Origin: Candidatus Methanomethylicia archaeon
GTDB taxonomy: Archaea > Thermoproteota > Methanomethylicia > Nezhaarchaeales > B40-G2
DNA length: 64,000 nt
NCBI GenBank assembly: GCA_029259155.1
Contig: JAPDJI010000017.1
Location: 1 to 64,000 of the forward strand
Direction: 5' to 3'
Positions within the stretch are counted from its first letter, which is position 1, and every line of letters starts with the position of its first letter. This document shows, piece by piece, positions 1 to 10,130 of this stretch. A program made the position numbers and the translations under genes. Under the pieces are notes generated by a model. That model was not told the origin of the DNA, ran no database searches, and saw only the letters and a list, made by a program, of their open reading frames with translations.

Positions 1-36
1 GTCGAAGCCAAGTGAGGTTTAAAGCTCTACGCTAAA

Positions 37-267
37 ATGAAGGTGGTGGGGATGAAGCGTGAAGGTTTTGGGTCGGTTGGAGCAGCCTTAATAATCATCC
101 TCGCCGCCGCAGGCATATACTTCTTCTCCGCAGGTAAACCTTCTTGGGAAGCCATAACGCCAAGCAGCGGAGGAGAAACACGGGCAAACAGATACCTTAT
201 CACAGCCACCCACCTTCACATGGAACCTAACCATACACTACGAGGAGCCACACCCTCAGCCGCCTAG
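37..267 (+). CDS. Short secreted/membrane-anchored protein or N-terminal remnant of one
   Basis: MKREG-FGSVGAALIIILAAAGIYFF resembles a signal peptide/anchor; the rest is short and unrecognisable. Confidence 0.35.
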   Translation: MKVVGMKREGFGSVGAALIIILAAAGIYFFSAGKPSWEAITPSSGGETRANRYLITATHLHMEPNHTLRGATPSAA

Positions 268-499
268 TACCCTCACCTAGCTGGCATGCCCACGGTGAAA
301 GCTCTCCGCGCTTCATCTTATACTAACCTTTTTAATAGAACGTTATCTCGAATACTTTGTGATTTTTGAGGTAATGAAGTGGACAACTTTACCTAGATAG
401 CCTGTAGTAGTTTCTAGCACTTTGTATTATAACCAACCCGAAGTTTAAAGGTTAAATACGGAATTCTCTCCCCGTAGAAGGGGGTTAGGAGGGACAACT

Positions 500-2242
500 A
501 TGAGCGCTATAGAAGTCACCCTTGTCACAGGTAGAACCTTGGATCAGGGGAGGATGTTAGAGGAGGGAAAGTTCCTTGAAGGGTACTTATCGAAATGTGC
601 TCTCATAGAGCTGGACCCTGGCGACTTAAATAAGCTAGGGATCCAAGCTGGAGCTAACGTTAAGGTCAAAACAGCTTTTGGAGAGGTAGTAGTTAAGGCA
701 GTGGCAGCGGGTTCTTCTCACCCTGGTATAGCTTTCATGCCCATGGGTCCTTGGGCTAACGCCGTAGTTAATCCTAATACCTATGGTTCGGGTATGCCCA
801 CGTTAAAAGGCATTAAGGCTGAGGTAACGCCTACTCAAGAATCCGTTAAGACGTTGAGTGAGCTCTTTGAAGGCCTTTCACCTAAGGCCTTTGAGGTTAA
901 GCTTAGTGAAGGTGGAAGCGATCCTTCTGGAGGTGAATACGTCGTTAACGATGCAGTTTGCGTGTTCTGTGGCTGCATATGCGATGATATACAGGTCACG
1001 GTTAAGAATGGCACTATCGCCTCGGTTAAAGGAACATGTGCTATAGGGACCTCTAAGTTCATGAACTACTCGAAGGAGCGAGTGTATAAACCTCTTATTA
1101 GGAAGAATGGTAAGTTCGTTGAGGCTAGCTATGAGGAGGCCATAGAGGCAGCCGCTAAGATCTTGGCCTCAGCCAAGTACCCTGTACTCTATGGGTGGAG
1201 CTCCACTTCCAACGAAGCTATGAGGCTAGGAGTAGAGTTAGCTGAGTTAGTTGGAGGAGTGGTGGATAACACTGCTGTCGTATGCCATGGACCTACCATC
1301 CTAGGTACTCAGCAGGTAGGCGTTGTCACCGCTACGTTAGGTCAAATCAAGAATCGAGCTGACCTCATAGTGTACTGGGGCTGCAACCCGCTCTATGCTC
1401 ATCCTAGGCATACCATCAGGTACTCTGCTATGGCTAAAGGGCAATTTGTAGAGGGTAGGAAAGGCAGGAAGATAGTTGTAGTAGACGTTAGACCTACCGC
1501 TACCTCCAAGCTTGCTGACCTCTTCGTTAAAGTAGAGCCTGGCATGGATTACGAGCTTATAACTGCTTTGCGCATGGCCGTCAAGGGCCACACCATAGAG
1601 GTTGAGGAGGTCGCGGGCGTTCCTAGAGATGTGATCTTGAAGATGGCTGACATGATGATGTCGGCGAAGTTCGGTGTGCTGTTCTTTGGCATGGGCCTAA
1701 CCATGACCTTGGGGAAAGGTAGGAACGTAGAGGAGGCCATAAAGCTGGTTCAAGACCTAAACGAGTGGACCAAGTTTGTCTTGCTCGCTATGAGAGGGCA
1801 CTTCAACGTGACTGGCACTAACGCTGTCATGGCCTGGCTGACAGGCTATCCATACGCTATCGACTTTAGTAGAGGTTTTCCAAGGTCAAATCCTGGTGTG
1901 ACTTCAAGCACTGATGTCTTGTTGAGAGGAGAAGCCGATGCCGCATTAATTGTAGCCTCTGACCCAGCCTCGCATTTCCCTAGGAAGGCTGTGGAACACT
2001 TAGCAAAGATACCAACAGTGGTTATAGATCCTAGATGGAGCCCTACGGCTGCCATGGCCGACGTCTTTATCCCAACCACATACGTGGGGATAGAGCATGA
2101 AGGGACAATCTATAGGATGGATAAGGTGCCTTTAAGAGCAAAGAAACTAGTGGAGCATCCTCCAGGGTTGATGAGTGACGAAGAAGTGCTGGAGAAGCTT
2201 GTGGAGAAGGTTAAGGAGCTTAAGCTTAAAGCCTCCTCCTAA
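500..2242 (+). CDS. fwdDB: Formylmethanofuran dehydrogenase subunit D-subunit B fusion (Mo/W-bis-PGD)
   Basis: N-terminal ~120 aa FwdD-like (LVTGRTLDQG, FMPMGPWAN, GMPTLKG), then FwdB with CVFCGCICDD, VCHGP, NRADLIVYWGCNP, MRGHFNV, GTIYRMD; GGAGG RBS upstream. Confidence 0.93.
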   Translation: MSAIEVTLVTGRTLDQGRMLEEGKFLEGYLSKCALIELDPGDLNKLGIQAGANVKVKTAFGEVVVKAVAAGSSHPGIAFMPMGPWANAVVNPNTYGSGMPTLKGIKAEVTPTQESVKTLSELFEGLSPKAFEVKLSEGGSDPSGGEYVVNDAVCVFCGCICDDIQVTVKNGTIASVKGTCAIGTSKFMNYSKERVYKPLIRKNGKFVEASYEEAIEAAAKILASAKYPVLYGWSSTSNEAMRLGVELAELVGGVVDNTAVVCHGPTILGTQQVGVVTATLGQIKNRADLIVYWGCNPLYAHPRHTIRYSAMAKGQFVEGRKGRKIVVVDVRPTATSKLADLFVKVEPGMDYELITALRMAVKGHTIEVEEVAGVPRDVILKMADMMMSAKFGVLFFGMGLTMTLGKGRNVEEAIKLVQDLNEWTKFVLLAMRGHFNVTGTNAVMAWLTGYPYAIDFSRGFPRSNPGVTSSTDVLLRGEADAALIVASDPASHFPRKAVEHLAKIPTVVIDPRWSPTAAMADVFIPTTYVGIEHEGTIYRMDKVPLRAKKLVEHPPGLMSDEEVLEKLVEKVKELKLKASS

Positions 2243-2258
2243 AATTCTTTATTATAGT

Positions 2259-2579
2259 TTAGGCTCTAACGCTTAAAATCTGAGTATTTATGAAGAAACT
2301 ACGCAACTTCTCCACGTAGCTTAATAGGTTCCCCTCCTCAACTCTAATCCCTACCCTTGATTCAAGGAGCTTTACGATCTGTGCTTCAATGATCTTAGCT
2401 GCTAACCCGTAGATCTCGTTGAGACAGTTCAAGAAGTCATCGAGCCTGCAAGGTATATCGTCCTTCCTAGCACCATACCTAGCCTCACAGTAATAGTAAG
2501 TGACATCTCTCACGCTAATTCCAAACATGTAGAGCGCTTCATCGATAGCTTCAAGCAGTAGTTTGTCGAGCTCATCCAT
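2259..2579 (-). CDS. DUF3227/NitrOD-like small helical archaeal protein (start likely ATG at 2579)
   Basis: LLEAIDEAL..G...RD..YY......DIP..LDDF...L..IYG.AA..IE..I pattern. Confidence 0.6.
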   Translation of the reverse strand: MDELDKLLLEAIDEALYMFGISVRDVTYYYCEARYGARKDDIPCRLDDFLNCLNEIYGLAAKIIEAQIVKLLESRVGIRVEEGNLLSYVEKLRSFFINTQILSVRA

Positions 2580-2941
2580 TCTGGACACGTGTACTACTGG
2601 TAAACATTCGTATAAAAATCTTTGAACAGCGGAGAACAAAAAAGAATTGGTATTCTCTTGGTATTACTCATGTATTCCCTGGGGTTCTCCATTAAATCAT
2701 ACAATTTTTAAACAACTATATCAATTTCAAGGAACATCTTCAGACGATTTTTTCTTATTCTTGGATATTCATCACTTGATGACCTTCCCTCGCTAACCAA
2801 GCGGTAAGGATGTTGCTTTAAGCTCCACTGGACAAAGTCCAACCGCTGTCTATGACTGACAGTAGCTTTTTTACGAGGTTAATGAAGGCTTATTAAGCCT
2901 ACCTACTTATCCTTCCCCAAGTGTTGAAGGAGGGGTTTGAG

Positions 2942-4648
2942 GTGCAGCTACTGATTAAGAACGGTATTATCTATGATCCTATGAATAACGTCAAGGGAGA
3001 GAAAATGGATATCGCTATCAAGGATGGTAAGATAGTTCCTGACACCGAGGTAGATCCTAAGAAGGCCGAGGTTATTGATGCTAGCAACAAACTTGTCATG
3101 GCTGGTGGAGTTGACCTACACTCACACATCGCTGGGCCTAAAGTTAACGCAGGTAGGGTCATGCGCCCTGAGGATCATTACCGGGTTTTCATGAAGGTTG
3201 TTCTCGGAGCTAGAAGGTCGGGGACAGGCAAGACCACTCCTTCAACGAATATTATAGGATATAAATATGCCCGCATGGGCTGGACGACGGTGGTAGAACC
3301 AGCAACTCCTCCTATGGAGACTCGTCACACTCATGAGGAGCTTGACGACATACCTATCCTAGATAAGGCATGCTTCCCTCTCTTTGACTCCAACCTCTTC
3401 GTACTTGACTACATAGAGAGCAAAGAATACGAGAAGCTGGCCGCTTTCATCGCTTGGATTATGGACGCCGTGAAGGGCTGGGCCATTAAGATAGTAGATC
3501 CAGGAGTAGCTGAAGCTTGGGCCTGGGGTAAGGGTTATGGGCTAAACCTAGATGACCTCATTATGGGACGAACCATAACGCCTAGGGAGATTGTGCGTGG
3601 CCTCTGTAAAGCTAATGAGATGTTGAAGCTTCCCCACCCTATCCACGTACATTGCAATAGACTAGGCTTTCCAGGAAACTATGAAGTTACCATTAAAACC
3701 ATGGACGCTGTCTCCGACCTCTATACTGGTCAGGAAAGGCCCATCATCCATATAACCCATGTCCAGTTCACTGGTTATGCTGGCACTGGCTGGGCTAACT
3801 TAGACACTGGGGCTGATGAGATAGCTGACTATGTTAACGCACATAAACATGTGTCACTTGATTTAGGCCAAGTAGTTTTTGGGGACGCCACGACCATGAC
3901 GGCGGATGCTCCTTTCGAGTTTGCGCTGTATCACATGGCTCCTGGAAAATGGGCTGGAAGTGAAGTTGAATGCGAAGCTGCCGCCGGCATTGTACCGTAT
4001 CGGTATAAGAAGAGCAACTACGTCAACGCTATACAGTGGTGTATAGGTCTAGAGGTGGCTCTCCTAGTTAAGGATCCGTGGAGGGTGTTTCCGACGACTG
4101 ATCATCCTAACGCTGGCCCCTTCACACGTTACCCTGAGATGCTGTCGTGGCTCATGAGTAAGAAGGCTAGAGAGGCTGTGCTTAGTAAGATTAATCGTAG
4201 AGCTGCGAAGAAGGCTATTTTGCCCACCATTGAGCGCGAGTACGATTTCTATGAAATAGCCATCGCTACAAGAGCTGCTCAAGCAAAGATACTAGGTTTC
4301 AAAAACAAGGGGCATTTAGGTGTGGGGGCTGATGCGGACGTATCTATCTATGACCTTAATCCCTTAGACGTTGATCCCTCCAAGGAACCTGAGAAAGTAG
4401 TTAAAGCGCTTAAGCGTGCTTACTGTACGATTAAGGGAGGCGAAGTAGTCGTTAAGGAGGGCGAGGTGGTGAAGCATCTCTATGGCTCTACGTTCTACGT
4501 GAAGCCTAGGGTGGAAGAAGACCTGTTTAAGACCATGCTAAGCGAGGTTGAGCCTAAATTCAAGGCTTGGTACTCCATGAGTTTAAGTAACTACGTCATC
4601 GCCGACCATGAATTAAGGTCGGCGGTGCCCATACCTATTGGGTCTTAA
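2942..4648 (+). CDS. fwdA: Formylmethanofuran dehydrogenase subunit A (binuclear amidohydrolase)
   Basis: GGVDLHSHIAGPKVN, HVHCNRLGFPGN, TTDHPNAGPF, KGHLGVGADAD; GTG at 2942 follows GGAGGGG (ORF track starts at 2921). Confidence 0.95.
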   Translation: MQLLIKNGIIYDPMNNVKGEKMDIAIKDGKIVPDTEVDPKKAEVIDASNKLVMAGGVDLHSHIAGPKVNAGRVMRPEDHYRVFMKVVLGARRSGTGKTTPSTNIIGYKYARMGWTTVVEPATPPMETRHTHEELDDIPILDKACFPLFDSNLFVLDYIESKEYEKLAAFIAWIMDAVKGWAIKIVDPGVAEAWAWGKGYGLNLDDLIMGRTITPREIVRGLCKANEMLKLPHPIHVHCNRLGFPGNYEVTIKTMDAVSDLYTGQERPIIHITHVQFTGYAGTGWANLDTGADEIADYVNAHKHVSLDLGQVVFGDATTMTADAPFEFALYHMAPGKWAGSEVECEAAAGIVPYRYKKSNYVNAIQWCIGLEVALLVKDPWRVFPTTDHPNAGPFTRYPEMLSWLMSKKAREAVLSKINRRAAKKAILPTIEREYDFYEIAIATRAAQAKILGFKNKGHLGVGADADVSIYDLNPLDVDPSKEPEKVVKALKRAYCTIKGGEVVVKEGEVVKHLYGSTFYVKPRVEEDLFKTMLSEVEPKFKAWYSMSLSNYVIADHELRSAVPIPIGS

Positions 4649-4661
4649 GGAGGTGGCTTGA

Positions 4662-5570
4662 ATGGCCGAGAAGAAGAAAAAGAAGGAGGAAGCTGAGGTA
4701 AAGATAGAGTATAAGGAAGTTAAACTGCGCCCCAAGGTTGCTTTCACTGTGCCCATTGAGGCAGAGTGCATCAAGCCTGATACCTTTGCAGGTAAGAGCC
4801 TCGACGATATAGCTAAGCTACCAGTATATGAAGGAAACACGCGTAGAACATTAGGAGACCTTTTTGAAATAGAGGGTTCTCCTGGCTCAGCAGCGTTGGA
4901 CACTATGATAACTATTGAAGGGGACCTTTCAAAGGTCAAGAGAATAGGTGAAGGCATGACGGCTGGCAAGATAGTCATCAAGGGCGACGTAGGGCACTAC
5001 TTAGGCTTCAAGATGAAAGGAGGCAGTATAGAGGTTCACGGTAATGTGGGTCTATGGTTGGGTGGTAAGATGAAGGGCGGCGAGATCGTAGTGTTCGGCA
5101 ATGCAGGAGACTGTGTTGGAGGCGCGCTTAGAGGAGAGCTTCCAGGGAAGGGTATGAAGAAAGGCACGATAATAATTCACGGTAATGCAGGGGCTGAAGT
5201 AGGTAAAGGTATGAGCGGCGGCTCCATTATAGTGGATGGCAATGTAGGTCCGCTTCCAGGCGTAGATATGAGGGGAGGAAACATAGGAATCAAGGGAGAT
5301 TGTGAAGGAAAGCCTGGTGCGAGGATGGCTGGAGGGAGGGTAGTCATTGTAGGGAAAGTGCCTTCCGTCTTGCCTAGCTTCTACATAGACGACGTACGTG
5401 AGACCATTAAAACTGGCCCTGAAAAGCTAGCAGGACCTTTCTACGTCTTCATAGGAGACGTGCTGGCTGACATTAAGTGCGGTGGCAGGCTATTCGTCTC
5501 TATTCCAAGCAACCCACACCTTAAGCCTCTAGAGACTTTCTTGACCTCCGTCGCTGACGAAGAGGTTTAA
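4662..5570 (+). CDS. fwdC: Formylmethanofuran dehydrogenase subunit C
   Basis: PIEAECIKPD, repeated G-x2-M-x-GG beta-helix motifs; directly follows fwdA with a GGAGGTG RBS. Confidence 0.93.
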   Translation: MAEKKKKKEEAEVKIEYKEVKLRPKVAFTVPIEAECIKPDTFAGKSLDDIAKLPVYEGNTRRTLGDLFEIEGSPGSAALDTMITIEGDLSKVKRIGEGMTAGKIVIKGDVGHYLGFKMKGGSIEVHGNVGLWLGGKMKGGEIVVFGNAGDCVGGALRGELPGKGMKKGTIIIHGNAGAEVGKGMSGGSIIVDGNVGPLPGVDMRGGNIGIKGDCEGKPGARMAGGRVVIVGKVPSVLPSFYIDDVRETIKTGPEKLAGPFYVFIGDVLADIKCGGRLFVSIPSNPHLKPLETFLTSVADEEV

Positions 5571-5646
5571 ACCTTCTTTTCACTTTCCATTAGCTCATTA
5601 AGCCGCGATATACTCCGTCCTTATAAGGATCCCGGCTGGATTCTGC

Positions 5647-6291
5647 ATGGGTGTGAAGGAAGTGAAACTTGAGAAGGTCCAGGCTGAGGTCAAGAACTAT
5701 GGCTCGACGTCAAAGCCCAAGTACACGATATTCTTAGAGGTAAAGGCCTCGTTAGAGGCTGAACCTGACCTCCTTCACTCGCTTTGCGTAGAGGAGAGGC
5801 TGATCTCGTCGAGGACCGTGCCCACCTCGATGGTGGTGAACTTTAGAGGGGACATGGAGGGTCGTAGACCTTACTATAAAGCGCTCTTGATGGATAAATC
5901 AGGGTCTACCTTTGAGTACGTTGTGGAACCGAAGTATAAAGGAGGTTTTTCCAACGTTACCTACGAGCCTCTTATTCAGCCTCCTAACCTAAGACATGTT
6001 CACCCTATACATTTTAAGTCGATGGGGTGGAAGGTCCTAGGCTATGAGCTTAACAACTACCGTTTCACGTCAGGCCTTAAGAGATATGAGTGCTTTAACT
6101 TAGAGGTTTACGGAGGGGGCGAGGAGCCCTCCACAGTCTTAGCCATGTTTAAGGAAGCTGGGCTAGAGGTTTTAGGGCTACCTTGTCGAGAGCTCTTAGA
6201 GCTGCTCGATAAAATATTAGCCAAGCTAGGCGGTCTTGAGCTTAAACGTAGAGCCTATGAAGAAGTCACAGCTCGAGTACATGAAAAATAA
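5647..6291 (+). CDS. Hypothetical protein
   Basis: 214-aa ORF with host-like codon usage; no family recognised. Confidence 0.6.
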   Translation: MGVKEVKLEKVQAEVKNYGSTSKPKYTIFLEVKASLEAEPDLLHSLCVEERLISSRTVPTSMVVNFRGDMEGRRPYYKALLMDKSGSTFEYVVEPKYKGGFSNVTYEPLIQPPNLRHVHPIHFKSMGWKVLGYELNNYRFTSGLKRYECFNLEVYGGGEEPSTVLAMFKEAGLEVLGLPCRELLELLDKILAKLGGLELKRRAYEEVTARVHEK

Positions 6292-6297
6292 GGATGT

Positions 6298-7254
6298 TTA
6301 AAGCTCAAGGGATCTTTTGAGGGCTTCTGGATTCACTTTACCGCCTATGAAGGTCTTCCCCGTCTTCTTACTGGTTAAGGCTAGCTTACCTATCGTGAAG
6401 AACGATGAATCAAGCTTAGACCAGTCGAAGTTCACTGCCTTCAATGCTTCATAAGAGAGCTTCCCGTAGTCGGCCCAGGCAGTGGCAGGGGCTTTACTTA
6501 TGAACTCCTGTAGTTTAGCATCCTCTTCATCTATTACGTAGCTCGCGACACCGCCATATAGCAACGCATCCTCTTCCTTAGCGGTGGAGATACCTACGTC
6601 CGGGTGTGGAGGCATAATTGGGGCAGAGCCGCTAGCATACTCCACTTTAGCGGGTTCTAGGCCCAGAAACTCTAGCCTATAGAGCCCTGTCTCCACAACT
6701 CTGCCTGAGACCTGGACGGAGCCAGCCATGGAGGATGTGGTGGTTAACAGCATGTAAAGGCTCTTGGGGTCGACTTTACAGTCTTCAGCCACCTTCCTTG
6801 CAACTTCGTCGGTAGGTTTCTTGGTGGTTTCCATGACTATAGCGGCTTCGCTATAGTCATCCTTATAGCCTATCTTCTCGAACACTTTCTTTGGCTTAAG
6901 AGCTAAAGCTCTAGCTGGTCCAGAGGAAGGAGCGAAGAAGTCCCCTACTTTAACCATCCACCCCGCGAGCTGGCAGCCAAGTAACGATATTGCTGGATGA
7001 TCAGTAGCTACTACGATGCTAGGTATCTCTGTATCTCCATAAGTCTGGTAGGTCATCCAGCACTGAGCTAATCCTCCTAAGCAGACTTCAGCTAGCTTGA
7101 TGCCAGCTAAGTAGCCGCCAGGTGCTTCAAGCCCGGTGTCTATTACTGTGGCTCCGCAGGGTAATTTTTCCACTTTAACTCTGTACTCCTCGGGATGGTC
7201 TAAGAGCTCACTGACGTACTTCATGGTCAACTTATTGACGCTCAACCCGGCCAT
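6298..7254 (-). CDS. mch: Methenyl-H4MPT cyclohydrolase
   Basis: SVN start, EVCLGGL, GCQLAGW, SGPARALA, TSSMAGSVQVSGRVVETG. Confidence 0.93.
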   Translation of the reverse strand: MAGLSVNKLTMKYVSELLDHPEEYRVKVEKLPCGATVIDTGLEAPGGYLAGIKLAEVCLGGLAQCWMTYQTYGDTEIPSIVVATDHPAISLLGCQLAGWMVKVGDFFAPSSGPARALALKPKKVFEKIGYKDDYSEAAIVMETTKKPTDEVARKVAEDCKVDPKSLYMLLTTTSSMAGSVQVSGRVVETGLYRLEFLGLEPAKVEYASGSAPIMPPHPDVGISTAKEEDALLYGGVASYVIDEEDAKLQEFISKAPATAWADYGKLSYEALKAVNFDWSKLDSSFFTIGKLALTSKKTGKTFIGGKVNPEALKRSLEL

Positions 7255-7917
7255 TTAATCCACCCCCTACCCCTAACTATGATAGAACTAATAACTTTTC
7301 ATTGGGCTGTGGACCTAGCTAGCGCTTTAAGCCTACACTTCGCCTCCTCTTGGTCGTTTGGATCAAGCCCTCTTCCACGTAAACTTTGGCCATGGTGTTT
7401 ATCACGGAGCGAGCGATGAAGCCTTATGAAGCCCTAACCGGTCTACTAGCTCCAAGGCACCTCGCAAGGTGAAACCTTATTACAACTGGTGTGCACAGCG
7501 AGTGCTCTCCATCGACTAAAAAGATAGGACGCTACGATCTAACCTTTTCCTCACTTAGCCTCTTAACGGTCCCTTAACGCTTCGATTTATCTGCACGTAA
7601 GTACACGTTTAGCTTAGGTGGAGACCTTGAACATCTAGCTCGTCTCTTAGACTTAGGCTCTCTCGATAACTGGTCTTTCAACATTAAGCGTCTTCGCAGT
7701 TTCTCATCCTTATTTCTACTCAACTTTCCTCTAGATACTTTAGGCTCTACCTCTAATTAGCCTTCTGGACATGGTTTCAAAGCTAAACTTAGATGTGTAA
7801 TCCTTAATTATCAGCTAAAACAGGTTGTATAAGAGCTAATGGTATATTAGGGTGTTGAACAACGGCGACGTCTAAAGCATGAGCGTGCCGCGGCAAAAGC
7901 TTTAGGAGGTTGCTTGG

Positions 7918-8940
7918 TTGAAGCTCGGCTTCCTCTACTCCGATGAGTTCGGCGAGAGGGTTATGGGAAACCTGATAAACTACTCGATTTTCTGTAGAGC
8001 CTGTGACGTGACCTGTGAGCACTGCAGGGCGAGCTATGGCTCCTACGCCTCTGATATTTACTGGCTCCACGAGGTCCCTAAGGACCTACCCACGTTCATA
8101 GATGACCCTTCACAGTACTTGCCGCGCGAGCTACCCGAACTTGATATATTACTGGTTATAGGTGTCCATCCCGATATTCTCTCGACCATCCCCGACATGG
8201 TGTCGTCCTCCACCATAAAGGCGGTCATAGTCCCGATAGAGTGTAAAGACTGGTGTCCTCCAGGGCTTAGGAGGCAGCTAACTGAGAGGTTTGAGGAGAT
8301 TGGGGTTGAAGAGGCTTTCCCTAAGCCCTTCTGCTCTTTCACTCTTTCAGGTAAAAGATACCTCGACGCCTTTATAGAGAGGTATAGGGTCGGGAGGCCT
8401 ATCCTGGAGGTGGACATCGACGGCGGTGTCGTTAAGAGAGCTACGGTGGTGAGAAGCGCTCCTTGTGGAGCTACGTGGTTTATATCCAGACAGATCCTAA
8501 ATAAGAGGATCGTAGAGATTGAGGAGGCCGTATCTAAGGCTCACCATGCTTATCCATGCACCGGCAGCATGCAAGTGGACCCCGAGATAGGCGATACTAT
8601 ACTTCACAAAGCAGGCTACATGGCTAGGGAGGCGGTCAAGGACGCCATAGTAAGAAGCGGATACCGAGGTGAGCTAAGAGTAGATGACAGGATGATTCAG
8701 GTTAAAACCTGGACAACCCTCATCCCTGAGGTACAAGTACTGCTTGAGGTTTTCCCCGCCTTTGAAGACGTCAACGATATGATAGAGCGGATCCTATGGA
8801 CCACTACGGGCGAGCTGCACAACCCTTCACGTTACACCCTTAAGTTAAAGAGGCATGGAGTAGAGAAGGTCCTTTCATCGAACAGTGAGCTGAGGTTGCT
8901 GGAACATGAAGATAAGCTGATAGTTGAAGAAGCTCCTTAA
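7918..8940 (+). CDS. DUF166 (COG1810) family protein with a C-terminal extension
   Basis: PKPFCS, GRP, VRSAPCGAT, HHAYPCTGSM..DP...DTILHKAG; N-terminal CxxCxxxCxxC. Confidence 0.75.
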   Translation: MKLGFLYSDEFGERVMGNLINYSIFCRACDVTCEHCRASYGSYASDIYWLHEVPKDLPTFIDDPSQYLPRELPELDILLVIGVHPDILSTIPDMVSSSTIKAVIVPIECKDWCPPGLRRQLTERFEEIGVEEAFPKPFCSFTLSGKRYLDAFIERYRVGRPILEVDIDGGVVKRATVVRSAPCGATWFISRQILNKRIVEIEEAVSKAHHAYPCTGSMQVDPEIGDTILHKAGYMAREAVKDAIVRSGYRGELRVDDRMIQVKTWTTLIPEVQVLLEVFPAFEDVNDMIERILWTTTGELHNPSRYTLKLKRHGVEKVLSSNSELRLLEHEDKLIVEEAP

Positions 8941-9200
8941 CCGGTTTTGATTAAGTTAGGAGCTGCTAGAACTAGCCATAACTTAGCTTAGCAAGGACCG
9001 AGAGATTGTTTTTGAACTTACGTTTGAAGGCTTGATGAGAATAGTACCCTGAGAAAGTTAAACAAAGTTTTTACTGCTGTCGGGTGTAGCAGAGATCAAG
9101 TACTAAGAAGGCGTTGATAAACATTGTTGTCTTACCTGAGCTGTTTTCTTAGGAAGCTGGGGGTTAAGAAAATATAAGGCCTGCTTGGAGGAGGGCTTAG

Positions 9201-10085
9201 ATGAGTGACATGAGGATCGGCTTATTAACACGAAACGTCGATGCCTGGTGTTCACAGCAACTCTCAGAGGCTATGACGAAGAGGGGCATAGAGCCTGTTC
9301 CGTTAAGGTTTCAGCAACTCTCAGCCTGGGTGGGCTTCAAGCGTAAGGTGGGGAGCGGCTCAATTAATCTCGAGGAGCTCGACGCCTTGATTGTTAGGCC
9401 TATAGGTCCAGGCTCGCTTGACGAGTGTCTCTTAAGGATAGATTTACTACATAGCCTTAGCAGAGCTGGTTTAACGGTGATAAACCATCCTTCAGCTATT
9501 GAGCGGTGTATCGACAAATATTACACTCTCTCTTACTTAGAGGAGTGTGGAGTCAAGGTTCCTAGGACTGTGGTTACGGAAAGCGTGGAGGAGGCTCTAG
9601 AGGCTTTTAGGGAGCTTGGGGGCGACGTGGTGTGTAAGCCTCTCTTCGGCTCACGGGGGATAGGTGTGACTAGGTTGATGGACTACGAGGTGGCATCAAG
9701 GGTTTTTAGGACCCTAGCTTTTGTGCACCACGTCATATACCTACAGGAGTTCATCCCTCATGGCACCAGGGATATAAGAGCCTTCGTTGTCGGCGACCGC
9801 GTCGTGGCCTCGATGTATAGGGAGGCTACAGGCTGGAAGACTAATGTGTCTCAAGGCGCCCGCCCCATCCCTCTTAAACTTGATAGAAGCTTAGAGGACT
9901 TGGCAGTTAGAGCGACAAGCCTCATGGGATGCGAGATTGCGGGAGTAGATATCTTAGAGGGTAAAGATGGCTACTACGTTACTGAGATTAACAGCCAACC
10001 TGGGTGGAGAGGGCTTCAGAGCGTCACGAAGGTCAAGATAGCCGATGTAATCATAGACTACGTGGTTTCCAAGGTGAAAAGGTAA
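9201..10085 (+). CDS. mptN: RimK-family ATP-grasp alpha-L-glutamate ligase (MptN/Orf5-like)
   Basis: DKYYT, KPLFGSRGIG, QEFI, DIRAFVVG, WKTNVSQG, GVDIL, EINSQPGWRGLQ; near mch/fwd. Confidence 0.75.
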   Translation: MSDMRIGLLTRNVDAWCSQQLSEAMTKRGIEPVPLRFQQLSAWVGFKRKVGSGSINLEELDALIVRPIGPGSLDECLLRIDLLHSLSRAGLTVINHPSAIERCIDKYYTLSYLEECGVKVPRTVVTESVEEALEAFRELGGDVVCKPLFGSRGIGVTRLMDYEVASRVFRTLAFVHHVIYLQEFIPHGTRDIRAFVVGDRVVASMYREATGWKTNVSQGARPIPLKLDRSLEDLAVRATSLMGCEIAGVDILEGKDGYYVTEINSQPGWRGLQSVTKVKIADVIIDYVVSKVKR

Positions 10086-10130
10086 GGGAAATCCTTATAG
10101 CCTACATCCAAGGCTTGAGGCTGTCAAGGA

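Noticed and set aside
500-2242. Selenocysteine in FwdB
   Set aside because: The ligand codon is TGC (Cys) and the frame has no internal TGA
7255-7917. Long intergenic region between mch and the DUF166 gene
   Set aside because: Only short hairpins (for example CACCT-cgca-AGGTG); no supportable ORF, RNA motif or repeat
9032-9139. Second C/D-box sRNA (TTGATGA...CTGA...TTGATAA...CTGA)
   Set aside because: About 60 nt between D' and C', no terminal stem and no recognisable target; too weak to call
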